In this document: positions 28,131-41,849 of the stretch, piece after piece | Layout of the letters: each line of letters begins with the position of its first letter | Numbering within the stretch: position 1 is the first letter of the stretch | Assembly: GCF_009914755.1 (NCBI RefSeq) | Contig: NC_060926.1 | Direction: 5' to 3' (one strand) | DNA length: 64,000 bases | Origin: the human T2T-CHM13v2.0 reference genome, Homo sapiens | Notes under the pieces: generated by a model | Database searches by the model: none | Told to the model about the DNA's origin: nothing | The model's input: only the letters and a program-made list of their open reading frames with translations | Translations under genes and position numbers: made by a program

Positions 28131-30195
28131 AAGGTCCTAGCCCAGTAGCGATACAGTGCCTTTTCTTTTATTTTCTCTTTCTTTTCTTTTCTTTTTTTCT
28201 TTCTTTCATTTATTTATTTATTTATTTATTTGGAGACTGAGTCTCGCTCTGTCGCCCAGGCTGTAGTGCAGTGGCGCAACCTTGGGTCACTGCAACCTCC
28301 GCCTGCCAAGTTCAAGCGATTCTTCTGCCACAGCCTCCCATGTAGCTGGGATTTCAGGTGCCTGCCCCACCGTGCCTGACTCAGTTTCGTATTTTCAGTA
28401 GAGACAGGGTTTCACAATGTTGGCGAGGCTGGTCTCCAACTCCTGACCTCGGGATGACAGACGTGAGCCACTGCGTTCAGTTTACAGTGCCATTTCTTAG
28501 ACATCACTCTTGGGAACACACCTAGAGATTTTATTTATTTATTTATTTATTTTTTGCGCGGGAAGGTGGGGGGACGGAGTTTCGCTCTTGCTGCCCAGGC
28601 TAGAGTGCAATGGCATAGGGGACTCAAGGAGTCAACCTATGGCAGGGAGGACACGTCATTCTGAGTGTAAGGGCCACAGGGAAAGGTGGCAGGGCCCGTG
28701 CTTTTAAAGGCTGAAATCCCGGTGGTTCAGGCCGGTCGTCCCAGCACTTTGGGAGGCCCAGGAGGGCGGGTCACTTGAGGTCAAGGGTATGATACCAGTG
28801 TGGCCAACATGGAGAAACCCCGTCTCTACTAAAAATAGAAATATTAGCCGGCTGTGGTGGTGTGCGCCCGTAATCCCAGCTACTGAAGAAGAATCACTGG
28901 AACCCAGGAAGCAGTGGTTTCAGTGAGTCGAGAGAGCGCCACTGCACTGCAGCCTGGGTGACAGAGCGAGAGAGACTCAGTCCAAAAAAAAGAAAAGAAG
29001 AAAAAAAAAAAACAAAACAGACCCAAATATTGCATTGTCGCTGAACTTTCCCCCGAAAGGCCAGAAACCCCCTGACTCAGGTCAAGGAGGTGGTGTTTCA
29101 TTTTACTTCTCTCTCTCTCTCTCCCCTCCTCCCCGCCTCCCCCCAACTTTTATTTCTTGTCCAAGCATACATGTGCAAGATTGTTACATAAGTAAACTTC
29201 TGACGGGGGGGTTCAGTGTGCAGATGATTTCATCACGCGGATACTCAGCGCTGTGTCCGACAGTTTTCGTGTTTTGTTTTTCCCTGAAGCTGTCTCTCCT
29301 TCCACTCCTCCCTCAAGTAGGCTCCCGCGTCTCTGGTCCCCCTCGTTCTGCCCATGCAAGAACTCTCATCTATAAGTTCCCACTTGTAGATGAGAACACG
29401 CGGTATTTAGCTGATTGTTGCTTTCATCTTCGGTAGTGGCGGTGAAAGAGGCATGACACTAAATCGACCCTTAGGACGCTCCCCTCCGTCCCCACCCCTC
29501 ACCCCCTTCCCACACACACCCTCATTCCTGCACCCCCTCCTCAAACGCAAGAAAGGGAGAAAGACAGAAATTAAAGTAACAGGTGAGCCTCCAAGGCGGT
29601 GGAGGCGGGGGATCTCAAAGGGTGAGCAAGCGATGGGGGTCGGGGGATGTCTTGGCTGAGCTATCAAAAATAGGGGACCCACTTTCCAGCCCCATCACAC
29701 CCCGTAATCCTCAGCCTCAGCCAGCCTCTGGGTGGGGTTGCCCCTGTCAAAGCTTCTGAATGGAGAGAAGCCCAAGGCTATGGAAGGCATCAGCTCCAAC
29801 TCCAGGAAGGGAATAGGGCTTTGTGCTTATGAATGGGGCTTTACAAGGCGGTGCCGTGGCTTCCAAAGCGACGCCCCTCCTCGCCTCGCCCAGAGCAAGA
29901 CTCGGTCTGAAAATAAATAAACAAATATAAATAAGAAAATAATTCATCAATAAATAAGAAAGAACGAATCAGTACAGCGGTAGTGGTCGTGAATCATTCT
30001 CTGGAGTCCAGGCGTAGTGGCTCACGCCCGTCACGCCAGCACTTTGAGACGCCGGGTCAGGAGGGTTGCAACAAAATGATGAGACCCTGTCTGTGGAAAA
30101 ACATTTAAAAATGAAGGCCGGGCGCAGTGGCTCACGCCTGCCATCCCAGCACTTCGGGAGGCCGGGGAGGGCGAATCATCTGAGGTCGGGAGTTA

Positions 30196-30395
<200 letters not shown>

Positions 30396-30787
30396 TCAGG
30401 AAAATAAAATAAAATAAAAATGGTCTGGGCACAGTGGCGCATGCCTGTTGTTCCAGGTACTGTACTCTGGAGGCTGAGGTGGAAGGATCCCTGGAGTCCA
30501 GGAACGTCCACGCTGCAGTGAGTGAGTTACGATGGCACCACTGCCGGGGTGACAGAGTGAGATGTTGTGTCTAAATCAGTCAATCAGATCACTGGAAGTC
30601 GCTCTCTGTGTCTTACTTTCAAAGGGTGTCTCTTTAGGCCAAGCAGGCACGGTGCCTCACGCCAGTCATCCCAGCAATTTGGCAGGCCAAGGCAGGAGGA
30701 AAGAAGGAAGGGAGGAAGTGAGGAAAGAAGAAAAGCAGAACGGCAGTAAGGCAGGAAAGAAGAAAGAAGGAAAGAAGGAAAGAAGGA

Positions 30788-30823
<36 letters not shown>

Positions 30824-31520
30824 AGAAAGAGAGAAAGAAAGAAGAAAAACAAAGAAAGAAAGAAAGAAAGAAAGAAGAAAAGAGAAGAAAAAAAAAGAAA
30901 AGAGAAGGGAAGAGAAAAAAAGAAAACGGGGAGGGGGCATATCTCCTTGACTGGTGATGGCCCAGGATACAGTGGGTCACGGCTTACTGAAGCCTCGACC
31001 TGTGGGACCACAAGTGATCTTCTCCTTATCTCAACCTCCCGAGTAGCTGTGACTACAGGCGGCCATCACCACACGCAACTCATCTTATAATGATATTAAG
31101 ATTCTATTGGGACAGGGTCTCGCTCTGTCATCCAGGCTGGATTGCCCTGGCATGATCTCAGCTCATTGCAACCTCAGCCTCCCTGGTTGGAGCAACTCGC
31201 CCATCCCAGTCTCCTGAGCAGTTGGGATTACAAGCCCACGCCACCAGGCCTGGCTAATTGTTTTATTTTTCAGAGAGACGGGGTTTTGCCATGTTGGCCA
31301 GCCTGGTCTTGAACTCCTGGCCTCAAGTGATCCACCCGCCTCGGCCTCCCAAAGTGCTGGAATGACAGGCATGAGCTACAGTGCCCAGCCCAGATAATCT
31401 TTTTAATAAATTGTAGAGAAGGGGTTTCGTCAGCCGACGGGTGGAGGGTGGGGTGGGTTTTACTCAGCCTGCGTACTGTGAAAAGAGTGAGTGAGTGTGG
31501 TTTGTGAACTAGATGTGGAA

Positions 31521-31565
<45 letters not shown>

Positions 31566-32627
31566 GAGAGAGAGAGAGAGAGACCAATCCCACCATGAGG
31601 ACCTGGAAATGGTGTTTGATTTGGGTCCTTGTCTAGTCACCTGTCTGTCTGTAGATGACTGAGGATTCCACAAATGAAGGTCAGCAGTATCTATTGAGCT
31701 GTTTCTCCCTCTCATGCGTCTCATGTGTGTGGTGGAGAAAGGGAAGAAAAGAGGTTCTGATGTGAAGTTGTCTTCAGGCCTGAGGAAGCTGAAGTCAGCC
31801 TGATGGGAAGGAGGGCATCCTATGTGACATTTCCATACCTGCGCACCCTTTACAATGCTGGGGCTGCCAGCTCACCCTGTACCTCAACCCACCCCCAAGA
31901 ACAGCACGGTCCGGGGTGGTCCAGTCTCATCCCATCCGGCCCACGCGGGGCATCTGGTGGAAGTCTTTGCCGGAGGATTCGAAAGCAGCGTCAACGCGCT
32001 TCCCCTGCCGTTGCCTGGCAAAGGCCAGCTGTGGGAGGGTAGCGGGACGTGATGGGGGCTTCCGCCTCAGAGCTCCCTGAAAGGTGGCAGGTGGCCAGTG
32101 GGGGACGCTGAGGCAGAGACGTCTGGAAGGATATAGATCTGGAAGCCGCGTCAGTCCTCTCCCATACCTCTCCTATGGAAAATGCCATGGCCGTGGTGGG
32201 AGCCTTGGCTGGGGGAGAAGCGAGGACAAGGGGGAGAGGGAAGGAGGCCCTCAGGAGGATTTAGCCCTGAAAACCCACTCAGCCAAGCTCCCGCTGTCTT
32301 TTTGGGTCCAAGGTACACCCTGGGAGACGGCAAGAGAAACGTTCACTCCGTGCTTTTTCTCTCTTTATTTTTTTCATCTTTTCCATTTTACAAGAGATGC
32401 TCATTTCAACAACCAGACAGTGGATGTGACAGGAGAAGTGTCAAGGCCAGGAGTTTGAGACCAGCGTGAGCAACCGAGCAATACAAGTAAGAGAGCCCAG
32501 CTGAAGGAAATGAAAAAGGAGGAGGAGGAGGACCTGGGAGGCTGGGGGTGGGGGTGGGGGGGAGGAGAAGGAAAGAAAAAAAAGAAAAGAAAAGAAAAAA
32601 AAAGAAAAACAACCACCAAGAAAGTTA

Positions 32628-32834
<207 letters not shown>

Positions 32835-34758
32835 TCAAGAGTGAAACTCCGTCTAAAGAAAAAAAAGAAAGAAAGAAAGAAAGAAAAGGCAGATTGGTGA
32901 GATGCGTTTCAAAATTTCCTTTCCAGTCCCTATACTAAAAACGGAAAGAACCGACACATGAGAAATATGACCAGAGCATACTGTGCCCAAGAGTGTCATC
33001 ACAGCACTCTGGGAGGCCGATGTGGGAGGATCGCTGGAGCCTTAAAGTTTGACATCACCTCGACATGTGAGATGACACCTGCAATAATAATAATCATAGA
33101 AGTTTAAAAATAGATTATGTGTGACAGAGCATGGAAAACAAAGCGAGAGTGCATCCGTACTAAAAACAAGATGATTGATAGACAGGCAGGCAGGCAGGCA
33201 AATATAGAATGAGCCAGGTGCAGTGTCTCACGCCTGTAATAGCAGCAGTGTGGGCGGCTGAGGCAGGCAGGTGGATTGCTTGAGAACAGGAGATAGAGAC
33301 CAGCCTGGGCAAGATGATAGAACCCCGAACCCCATCTCACTCACATATATACATACATACATACCTACATACCTACCTACCTACGGAAAACATGAGAAAC
33401 AACATAAAAGTCAACCGGTGTTGTGGTGCATGCCTGTAGTCCCAAGTAATGGGGATGGGAGAGATCAGAGGCAGGACAACTGCTTGGTCGGTCCAAAGCG
33501 TTGAGGCTGGGGTGATCCTGGGCGACAGAGACAGAGGAAGACCCTGCCAGTAAGGAAGGAAAGAAGGAAGGAAGGAAGGAAGGAAGGCAGGAAGGAAGGA
33601 AGGAAGGAAGGAAGGAAGGAAATAAGCAAGCAAGCAAGCAAATGATGAACATGACAATGACATAGAATAACCCATGACAATAAACAAGCAAATAAGAGGG
33701 TATGAATAAAGCTAAAAGGTAATTAAGATCACAATCAATTGTTTTCTCCCCACCCCACCCCACTCCTCCTCACCCCACCTCACCCCACCTCACGTAAGCT
33801 GGAGTGGAGGTGCGCGATCACAGCCCACGTTAGCCTCTGCCTCCCGGGCTTAAGAGATCCCTGTAGTCCCAGCTACTTGGGAGGCTGTCACCAGGGCCCA
33901 GAGTGAGAAGACCAGGCAGGCCCAAAAAGGAAAGAAAATAAGCGAAAATAAAAAATAATAAATGAAAGAAGGAAGGAAGGAAGGAAGGAAGGATATACAT
34001 ACACATGTATATGTAAATGAAATGGGTTTTCATTTAATACATATTCATACATTAAAATTAACATTTATAATATAAACAAGTATTAATTATGGAAATATCT
34101 ATATAGTTTTATCACTACATATTTATGTGTGTGTATGTATGTATGTGTGTATGTGTGTGTGTATATATATATATAAATGTATGTTTATACACAACAGCGT
34201 GCAGAAAATAAGATTGAAGAAAAAAAGGAATTGGCCGAGCTTGGTGGCTCACGCCTGTACTACTCCCAGCACTATTTGGGAGGCCGAGGCGGGTGGAAGG
34301 TCAAGAGTTCGAGACCAGCCTGGCCAATATGGTGAAATTCCATCTTTACTCAAAATACAAAAATTGCTGTTCGCTTGAACCCTGGAGGCAGAGGCAGCGG
34401 CAGCAGTGAGAAGAGAAGGCACCACTGCACTCCAGCTCCAGCTTCAGCCTGGGCGTCAGAGCGAGACTCCATCCCCAGAAAAAGGAAAGAAAGAAAGGAA
34501 AAAAAAAAAACACACACAAGACAAAACCAAAAAAACCAAAGGAGGAAGTATTACTGACTGACAGCAACAGTGACTCCCTCTGAAAAGTACGGCGGAAGCA
34601 AACAAAGTGGGCCTGAAAAAAATGTAGGAGAGGGAGTTCCACGTGGTCCCAGCTCCACCAAAGGCTGAGGCTGGTGAGGGCCACCCGCGCGTGAACGGGG
34701 ATAGGTGCCCTCACATGGGTGCGCTGCACCATCCAGTGGGACCGCCACTGGCCGCCTG

Positions 34759-34977
34759 CTGGTCAATCTGGGACACAGGAAGCCGCCGGCTAAGTCCGGA
34801 GCTCGCTGGCAGCAGCTGATCGACCCTGGAGGTTCCGACTGAGATGCGGACGCTCCAGATCCGGCTCATCCCAACAGGCACCCCTGCACACCTCTCGGTC
34901 CAGAGGGCCTGCCGGTCGACCTGGGACATGGCTAGCTGCCAGCTGTTTCACACCCTCAGGCAGCAGCTGGTCGACCC
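34759..34977 (-). terminator. Remnant Pol I terminator (Sal box/TTF-I site) cluster
   Basis: Perfect GGGTCGACCAG at 34967-34977 (minus strand), variants at 34912-34922 and 34816-34826, and a degenerate copy at 34759-34769. Confidence 0.85.
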
Positions 34978-35029
34978 CAGAGGCCCGACCGAGGAGCAGC
35001 CACAAGTGGAGGTTGGCCATGTGTGGCCA

Positions 35030-36187
35030 AATTCTGACCCAGAAGCAGGTCGTCTACAAATGGTTTAGCACCAGGTTCCCCACGAACGTGTGTTGCATGA
35101 CGGGCAAGGAGGCCACCTTTCCAGCCACACCCTTCCCAGGAGGAAGGGCACTCTGCACCGGACCCAGTCCTAGCACATGGTGGGGCACACCCCACCAAGG
35201 GTGAGGCAGCCCACCAGCGGGGGTGGGGAACCGGCTAGCCAAGGCCAGCCAAGGCCAGCCAAGGCCAACCAAGGCTCCACGGTGCTGCTGTATCCTTCCG
35301 CCTGGGCAGGATTCTGACTTAGAGGCGTTCAGTCACAATCCAACAGACCGTAGCTTCACCCCATTGGCTCCTCAACCAAGCACATGTCTGAACTTGCCAT
35401 TCCTCTCATGCTGAGCAGGATTACCATTGCAACAACACACATCACGGAGGGTAAAACTAACCTGTCTCACTACGATCTAAATCCAGCTCACATGCCCTAT
35501 TAGTGGGTGAACAATCCAATGCTTGGTGAATTCTACTTCACAATGATAGGAAGAACCAACATTACAGGATCAAAAAACATCCCTATGAATGCTTGGCCGC
35601 AACGAACCAGTTATCCCCTGTGGTAACTTCTGATACCTCCTGCTTAAAAACGTCAGAATGATCGTCAAAGCCCAGCTTTCAGTCTGTATTCGCACTGAAA
35701 ATCACGATCAAGCGAGCTTTTGCCCTTCTGCTCCACAAGAGGTTTCTGTCCTCCCTGAGCTCTCCTTAGGACACCTGCATTACCGTTTGACAGGTGTACT
35801 ATCCCAAACTCCCCACCTGGCACTGTCCTCGGGACGGGTCAACACCCGGCCGGCGTGCAGCTGGGCACTTGGCGCCAGAAGGGAGGGCCCCTAGGGGCTC
35901 ACCCCCTGCCTCACCAGGTCAGTGAAAAAACGATCAGAGTAGTAGTATTCCATGGGCAGCCCACAGGACCCCACCCCACCCCCTCACGGGGATAGGGGGG
36001 CACTGGGGACCTCCCACTTATTCTACACCTCTCATGTCTCTTCACCATGCCAGACTACAGTCAAGCTCAACAGGTTCTTCTTTCCCCACTGATTCCACCA
36101 ACCCCATTCCCTTGGCTGTGGTTTCACTGGATAGTAAGTAGGTAGGGACAGTGGGAATCTCATTCATCCATTCACGCACGTCACTAG

Positions 36188-36221
<34 letters not shown>

Positions 36222-38014
36222 CCATAGTTACTTCCGCCATTTACCCATACTTCATTGAATTTCTTCATTTTGACATTCAGAGCACTGGGCAGAAATCACT
36301 TTGCAACACCCCCCGAGGGCCTTCGCGATGCTTTGTTTAAACAGTTGGATTCCCCTGGTGCACACAGTTCTATAAGTCGGCTGCTAAGCACCGGCGGAGG
36401 TGCTGCATGGAACCGTGGCCCCTGTGGCGGGGACCAGCCCGCGGCCCGCCACCTCCACGGAGGGGGGGACAGGAGACAGATGGGGCTGCGGGGGAGGTGG
36501 GGGAATGAACCACCCCGCCTGCCACCCACTGACCCAATCACTCCCTGCCCACGCTGACACGCATGACAGCGCAGAGCGAGACAGGACACGCCAGCACCCA
36601 CTGGGCTCCCCATGGGTGGCCACAACTGGGGCAATCCATGGGAAGGGCCCAGCTTGTGTCCAGAGTCACCACCACCACCAGCACCCCCTCACGGGAGATC
36701 ATGCCCTGCCACTGGGGCTGTATGGCCACTGCCACCCCTCCGCCCCCACACACCACCTCCATAGAGGGGGAGGACAGAGAGAGAGGGGGCGGGGGAGGGA
36801 GTGAGCAGCACGCAGGTTGGGGCAGGGGAGGGCCACAACAGGCATTCCTGGGGCTTGGGGGGGGCAGCGGGGCCTCGTCGAGCGGCGGCACGCACCCAGC
36901 CCAACCGACCCAGCCCTTACAGCCAATACTTATCCCGAAGTTATGGATCCGGCTTGAGGACTTCCTTTACCTACATTGTTCCAACATGCCAGAGTCTGCT
37001 CATCTCGGAGACCTGCTGCAGACATGGGTATGGCCCTGCGTGAGACTTACACCGTCTACCCTGGATTTTCAAGGGCCAGCCAGAGCTCACCAGATGCCAC
37101 CAGAACCACGATGCTTTCCAAGGTACAGTCCCCTCTCTCGGGGTGAACCCATTCCAGGGCGCCCTGCCCTTCACAAAGAAAAAGAGAACCCTCCCCAGGG
37201 CTCCCACATGCTTCTCCAGGGTCAGTCACATTACCGCACTGGACGCCTCATGGTGCCCATCTCCGCCATTCTGGATTCGGGGATCTGAACCCAACTCCCT
37301 TTCAATCAGCTGAGGGCAACAGAGGACATCACCCATCCCTTCGGAATGGCACTCACCCATCTCTCAGGACCAAATGAACCATGTTCAACTGCTGTTCACC
37401 TGGGACCCATGTTCAACTGCTGTTCACATGGAACCCTTCTCCACTTCGGCCTTCAAAGTTCTCATTTGAAAATTTGCTACTACCACCAAGATCTGCACCT
37501 GTGGCCGATCCACCTGGGCCCATACCCTAGGCTTCAAAGCTTACCGCAGCGGCCCTCCTACTCCTCCCGGCGTAGACTCCGTGGGGCTGCAGGGGAGGGG
37601 GGGGAGGAGGGGACGGGAGGACCCCCACTGCACTCACACGGGTGTACTGCCCCTGCCGCTCCCGTCCACTCTCAACTGCTGTCAACGGCCGGGTATGGGC
37701 CCAACGCTCCAGCTCCATCCATTCTCAGGAGTAGTTGATTTGGCAGCTGAGTTGTTACACTCCTTAGCGGATTCCAACTTCCATGGCCACCATCCTGCTG
37801 TCTATATCAACCAACACCTTTTCTGAGGTCTGATGAGCATTGGCATCGGGCATCTTAACCCGGCATTTGGTTCATCCCACAGTGCCAGTTCTGCTTACCA
37901 AAAGTAGCCTACGAAGCACTCGCATTCCACGCCTGGCTCCACGTCAGCCAGCCAGGCTTCTTACCCATTTAAAGTTACAGAATAGACTGAGATCGTTTCG
38001 GCCCCAAGACCTCT
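35030..38014 (-). pseudogene. 28S rRNA pseudogene fragment (3' ~3 kb; 5' portion and extreme 3' end missing)
   Basis: Conserved 28S cores present (GACCCAGAAGCAGGTCGTCTAC; GGCATTTGGCTACCTTAAGAGAG; GAGATCGTTTCGGCCCCAAGACCTCT), with heavy CpG decay and indels. Confidence 0.97.
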
Positions 38015-39180
38015 TCCCGCTGAAATGTGGGTGTAGTTGGAGAGTAGCTGGGACAGACAGGAGGGTCCGTAAGTGGTGGGGGTGAAGAGGTGAGAGAGAC
38101 TGGTGAGGGTCTCACTGAGGTCTGTGAGTTTGTAGGTGTTTCTGGGGTGTGAGAGACCTACTCCCGCTGAAATCTGGGCATAGTTGGAGAGTAGCTGGGA
38201 CAGACAGGAGAGTCATTGATGGCTGGGGGTGAGCTGCTGGATGATGGCAGTAAGAACATATGGTATATTATTCATGAATGAGGTGACTGTGAAGAATCTC
38301 CAGAGGAGGACACGGGAGAGCACAATGACATGAGTGATTGTCCTGCTTGGCTAGGAAAGGGAAATGTAAAGTTATGAAATTCTGTTGATGAGGGATGTGA
38401 GAGTGGTGAAGCCCTGCGGGATGATGTAGAGTACTTCCACATCCCTGGTGAGGAGCTGCCTCTTGGGTCTGAGTTTCTGGGAGGGGAGAGGGAGAAGCTG
38501 GGTGAGACAGGTATGAATCTTGAGGAGTCAGGGCTGGGGGACTGCTCATATTCTCCCGAGACTTGTGAGTCTCTGGGGGACTCCTGGGTGCATGGGGCTG
38601 ACTCCCGCAGAAACCTCTGGATGGCTGGAGAGTAACTGGGAGACACAGGAGAGTCCCTGAGGCCTGGGGGGGAAGAGATGAAAGACATAGGGGAGGAGCA
38701 CCACAAGGCTCGTGAGTTTGTAGGCGATTCCTGGGTGTGGGGGGCTGATGCCAGATGAAATCTGGGGTTGTTTGGAGAGTAGCTGGGAGACACGGGAGAC
38801 TCCCCGAGAGCTGGGGGTGAGCTGCTGGGTGATGGCAGTAAGAACATGTGGTATATTATTGATGAACGTGGTGACTCTAAAGAATCCCCAGAGGAGGACA
38901 CTGGAGAACCCAATGGCTTCACTGATTGCCCATCACGGTGAAGAAAGGGAAATGGGAGCTTGTGGGATTCTGCTGATGACAGAGGTGAGTGTGGTGAAGC
39001 CCTAGGGGATGGTGAATGGTAGCTCCGGATCCCTGGTGAGGAGCTTCCTCTTAAGTCTGAGTTTCTGAGAGGGGAGAGGGAAAAGCTGGGTGAAGCTAGC
39101 ATGGCTCTTGGGGAGTCCGGGCTAGGGGACCATTCATAAGAAGAGCCAGACAAGATCCTACTTTTCTTAGGTGCAGACAT
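38015..39180 (-). pseudogene. ACRO1-repeat Ser/Pro ORF copy 1: premature stop at codon 303, truncated by the 28S junction
   Basis: ORF 38272-39180 is colinear with 42846-45083 at offset 5903. TCA>TGA at 38272-38274, and the intron donor is mutated (GT>CT at 39351). Confidence 0.8.
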
Positions 39181-39714
39181 GATTAGGAAACCTGCAGCTC
39201 CTGGGGACCCCTACAAATTTTCTAACCCGCAGAATGAAGGAGTCTGTGTGTATGTGTGTGTATGTGTGTGTGTGGTGTGAGGTATGTGCTCCTTAAGAAA
39301 ATGGAAATAAACCAACCAATGAGACAGACAGACAGACACAGATTCACTTAGCCAAGTGTTCTGTCCTGTCCTCTGAATCCACTTCCAAGTCACAAGATGC
39401 TGTAAGCTCCAAGTCCACGCAGAGCCCGCAAAACGCTCCGGCCGCTGCTACGCTGGGCGAAGATCTGAGTACAGCCCTGCCAGGGTGGGTTTAAATAGCC
39501 TCGGGCACAGCCTAGCAGCGGAAAGGGCAGAGCTTCACTCTTCCTTCCTATCAGTCACCCCCAACTTTCCCAGGCTACACCTAGTAGGAAACTGTTCTCC
39601 TGATTTGATTTCATGTGCCACATTTGGGACAATCTAAGAATTTACAAGTTTTCTTGGCCAAATACATTATGAATTAAATGCACTGAAACACTGAAAACCA
39701 TCTAGTGGTTCTGT

Positions 39715-41020
39715 GGTTCTCACGCTGTGGTTCTGACACCAGCAGCATCCTTGCAACCCTCAAACCCCGGAGATCCACAGATTTGTGTTGTAACAAGCCC
39801 TCCCACTGACCCTGATGCATGGCAGTTTAAGAATTACCCGTGTAAGCGAAAAGACTTTGAAGAAAAAGTGGAGATATGCGTTGTATAAACTTTTTTTTGC
39901 TCTGGAACCACATAGAGACTTGGGAGCCAGTTGGGTGGAGCATTCGTTGGATGAGGGTGCTTGGGTTAGGAATATCAAGGTGTGGCTCCAGATAATTCAA
40001 TCATCTCATTAAGTTTCCAGTTATGCTAATCTGTTTTAAAATTCAGTTTGTGTAAATTCTTTTACTCAGACTGAGAATGGCAAATCCTCAACCCCAATTT
40101 CCAGGGAGGGTTGAGAGCCTCAGGTTGAGTTGATCACCAATAGCCTATGGTTTAACCCATCATGCCTATAGAATGAGGTCTCCATAAAAACCCAAAAGGA
40201 CTGGGTTTAGAGAGCTTCTGGATAACACTTCCTGGATGGTAGTGCTCCCCTCCCCACATGGTGGGCCCAAAATCTTTTTTCTGAATTTTTTGCAATATCC
40301 ACTATAATAAAATGGTAAATGGAAGTCTTTCCCTGAGTGCCGTGAGCTCTTCCAGCAAATTAATGCAACTAAAACTGGGAGTGGTGGAAACCTGATTTAT
40401 AGCCAGTTGCTAAGAAGCACAGGTAAAATAACGTAGGGCTTCCCATTGTTGTTAGAGTGGGAGGCCAGTCTTGAGGGACTGAGCCCTTTGGAATCTCATG
40501 CTATGTCCCAGTAGATAGCGTCATCATTGAATTAGAAGACACACATATGTTGAGAATAATTTTTCTAGTCATTTGCTGTATGTCTTATTTACAATATGTA
40601 ATCAAATTCTTCATCCTGACCTTATGGCACCTGGGTTGAGAACCATGATTTGAACAAAAAATTGGTCTGTCACTTTCTCAGTTTGAAACTTTATTTTGCC
40701 ACTAGCGTTTTGTTATAGTTTTTTCGTTTTGTTTTGTTTCCTTTTGTTTCTAAGTTCTGGGGTATATGTGCAGGATGTGCAGATTTGTTACAAAGGTAAA
40801 CGTGTGTCACGGTAGTTTGCTGAACCTGTCAACCCATCACCTAGGTATTAAGCCCAGCATGCATTAGCTGTTTTTCTTAGTGCTCTGCCTCCCGAAAGGC
40901 CCCAGTGTGTGTTATTCCCCTTCCTGTGTCCATGTGATCTCCTTTTTCAGCTCCCATTATAAGTGAGAATGTGGTGTTTGGTTTTCTTTTCCTGGATTAG
41001 TTTGCTGAAGATAATGACTT
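39715..41020. mobile_element. Composite-unit TE tract copy 1: MER5A-like ~39715-39840, MER21-like LTR ~40080-40540, L1PA 3' end (-) ~40745-41020
   Basis: Recognisable motifs: AACAAGCCCTCCC..TGATGCA; GGTTGAGTTGATCACCAAT...CTCCATAAAAACCCAAAAGGAC; GTGCAGGATGTGCAG..TTGTTAC. Family names and boundaries are approximate. Confidence 0.7.
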
Positions 41021-41849
41021 CACATCACCAGTGTTTTTTTTTTTTTTTAAAGAACAGTATTTTATTGAATAAGATTTATTCACAGAAAAATAAGCTTTAA
41101 TCTACAATGAATGCCAGACTCTACCGCAGAAAGCAATTTTCTCAGTTTTCCACACACAAAGGTTCCTACTAAGTGAAAAAAGCCATAAAATTTCATTCAC
41201 AAATGAACTACTCTGTCTCAAAACATTTCCCATAATCATTCATTGTGCTAAAACAATTAGATCAGTTACTCAGTCAAGTTAAAGTATCCCTCTGATAACT
41301 GATTTTTAAAATGCTATCAATATCCACTCCCTGTCAGTCTGCCATTGTTAATGGTATACAGCATTATGGAATACAATGGAATTGATGAAGCCGATATCCA
41401 CGGACAAACCGTGACTTATGATGGTTTGATTTATGATTTTCAACTTTATGATGGGTTTATTGGGATATTAGATGCGTTTTTGAGTTACACTGGGTTTATG
41501 AGTATGTGACCGTATACTCCAGAAATAGCTGTATAAAGAAAAAGAAGTGTACCTAATTAAAATATACTGAGTGACTTGGGAGAAACCAATAGATGTTTAC
41601 AACTGATGGAGAACCAAGAAAGAGAGATAGCGGTAAATAATAACAATAACACAATTTTCCTGCAACTGTCGAGGATTTCCCCAAAATTCACAGAATGTAG
41701 GATGCACCTAAGGCATATGAATGGGAGAAGGCAGAAGGAGTAAGAGAGAAATAGGAAGCAAGGAAGGAAGGAAGGAAGGACGGAAGGAAGGAGAAAACAC
41801 CCGGTGGATACTAAAACCAAAAAAAAAAAAAAATGGTTTCCCACTGTGG

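Noticed and set aside
30562-31011. Lys/Glu/Arg- or Phe/Ser-rich ORFs
   Set aside because: Translation of a (GAAA)n microsatellite.
36255-38085. ORFs within the 28S fragment
   Set aside because: Chance frames in GC-rich rRNA expansion segments.
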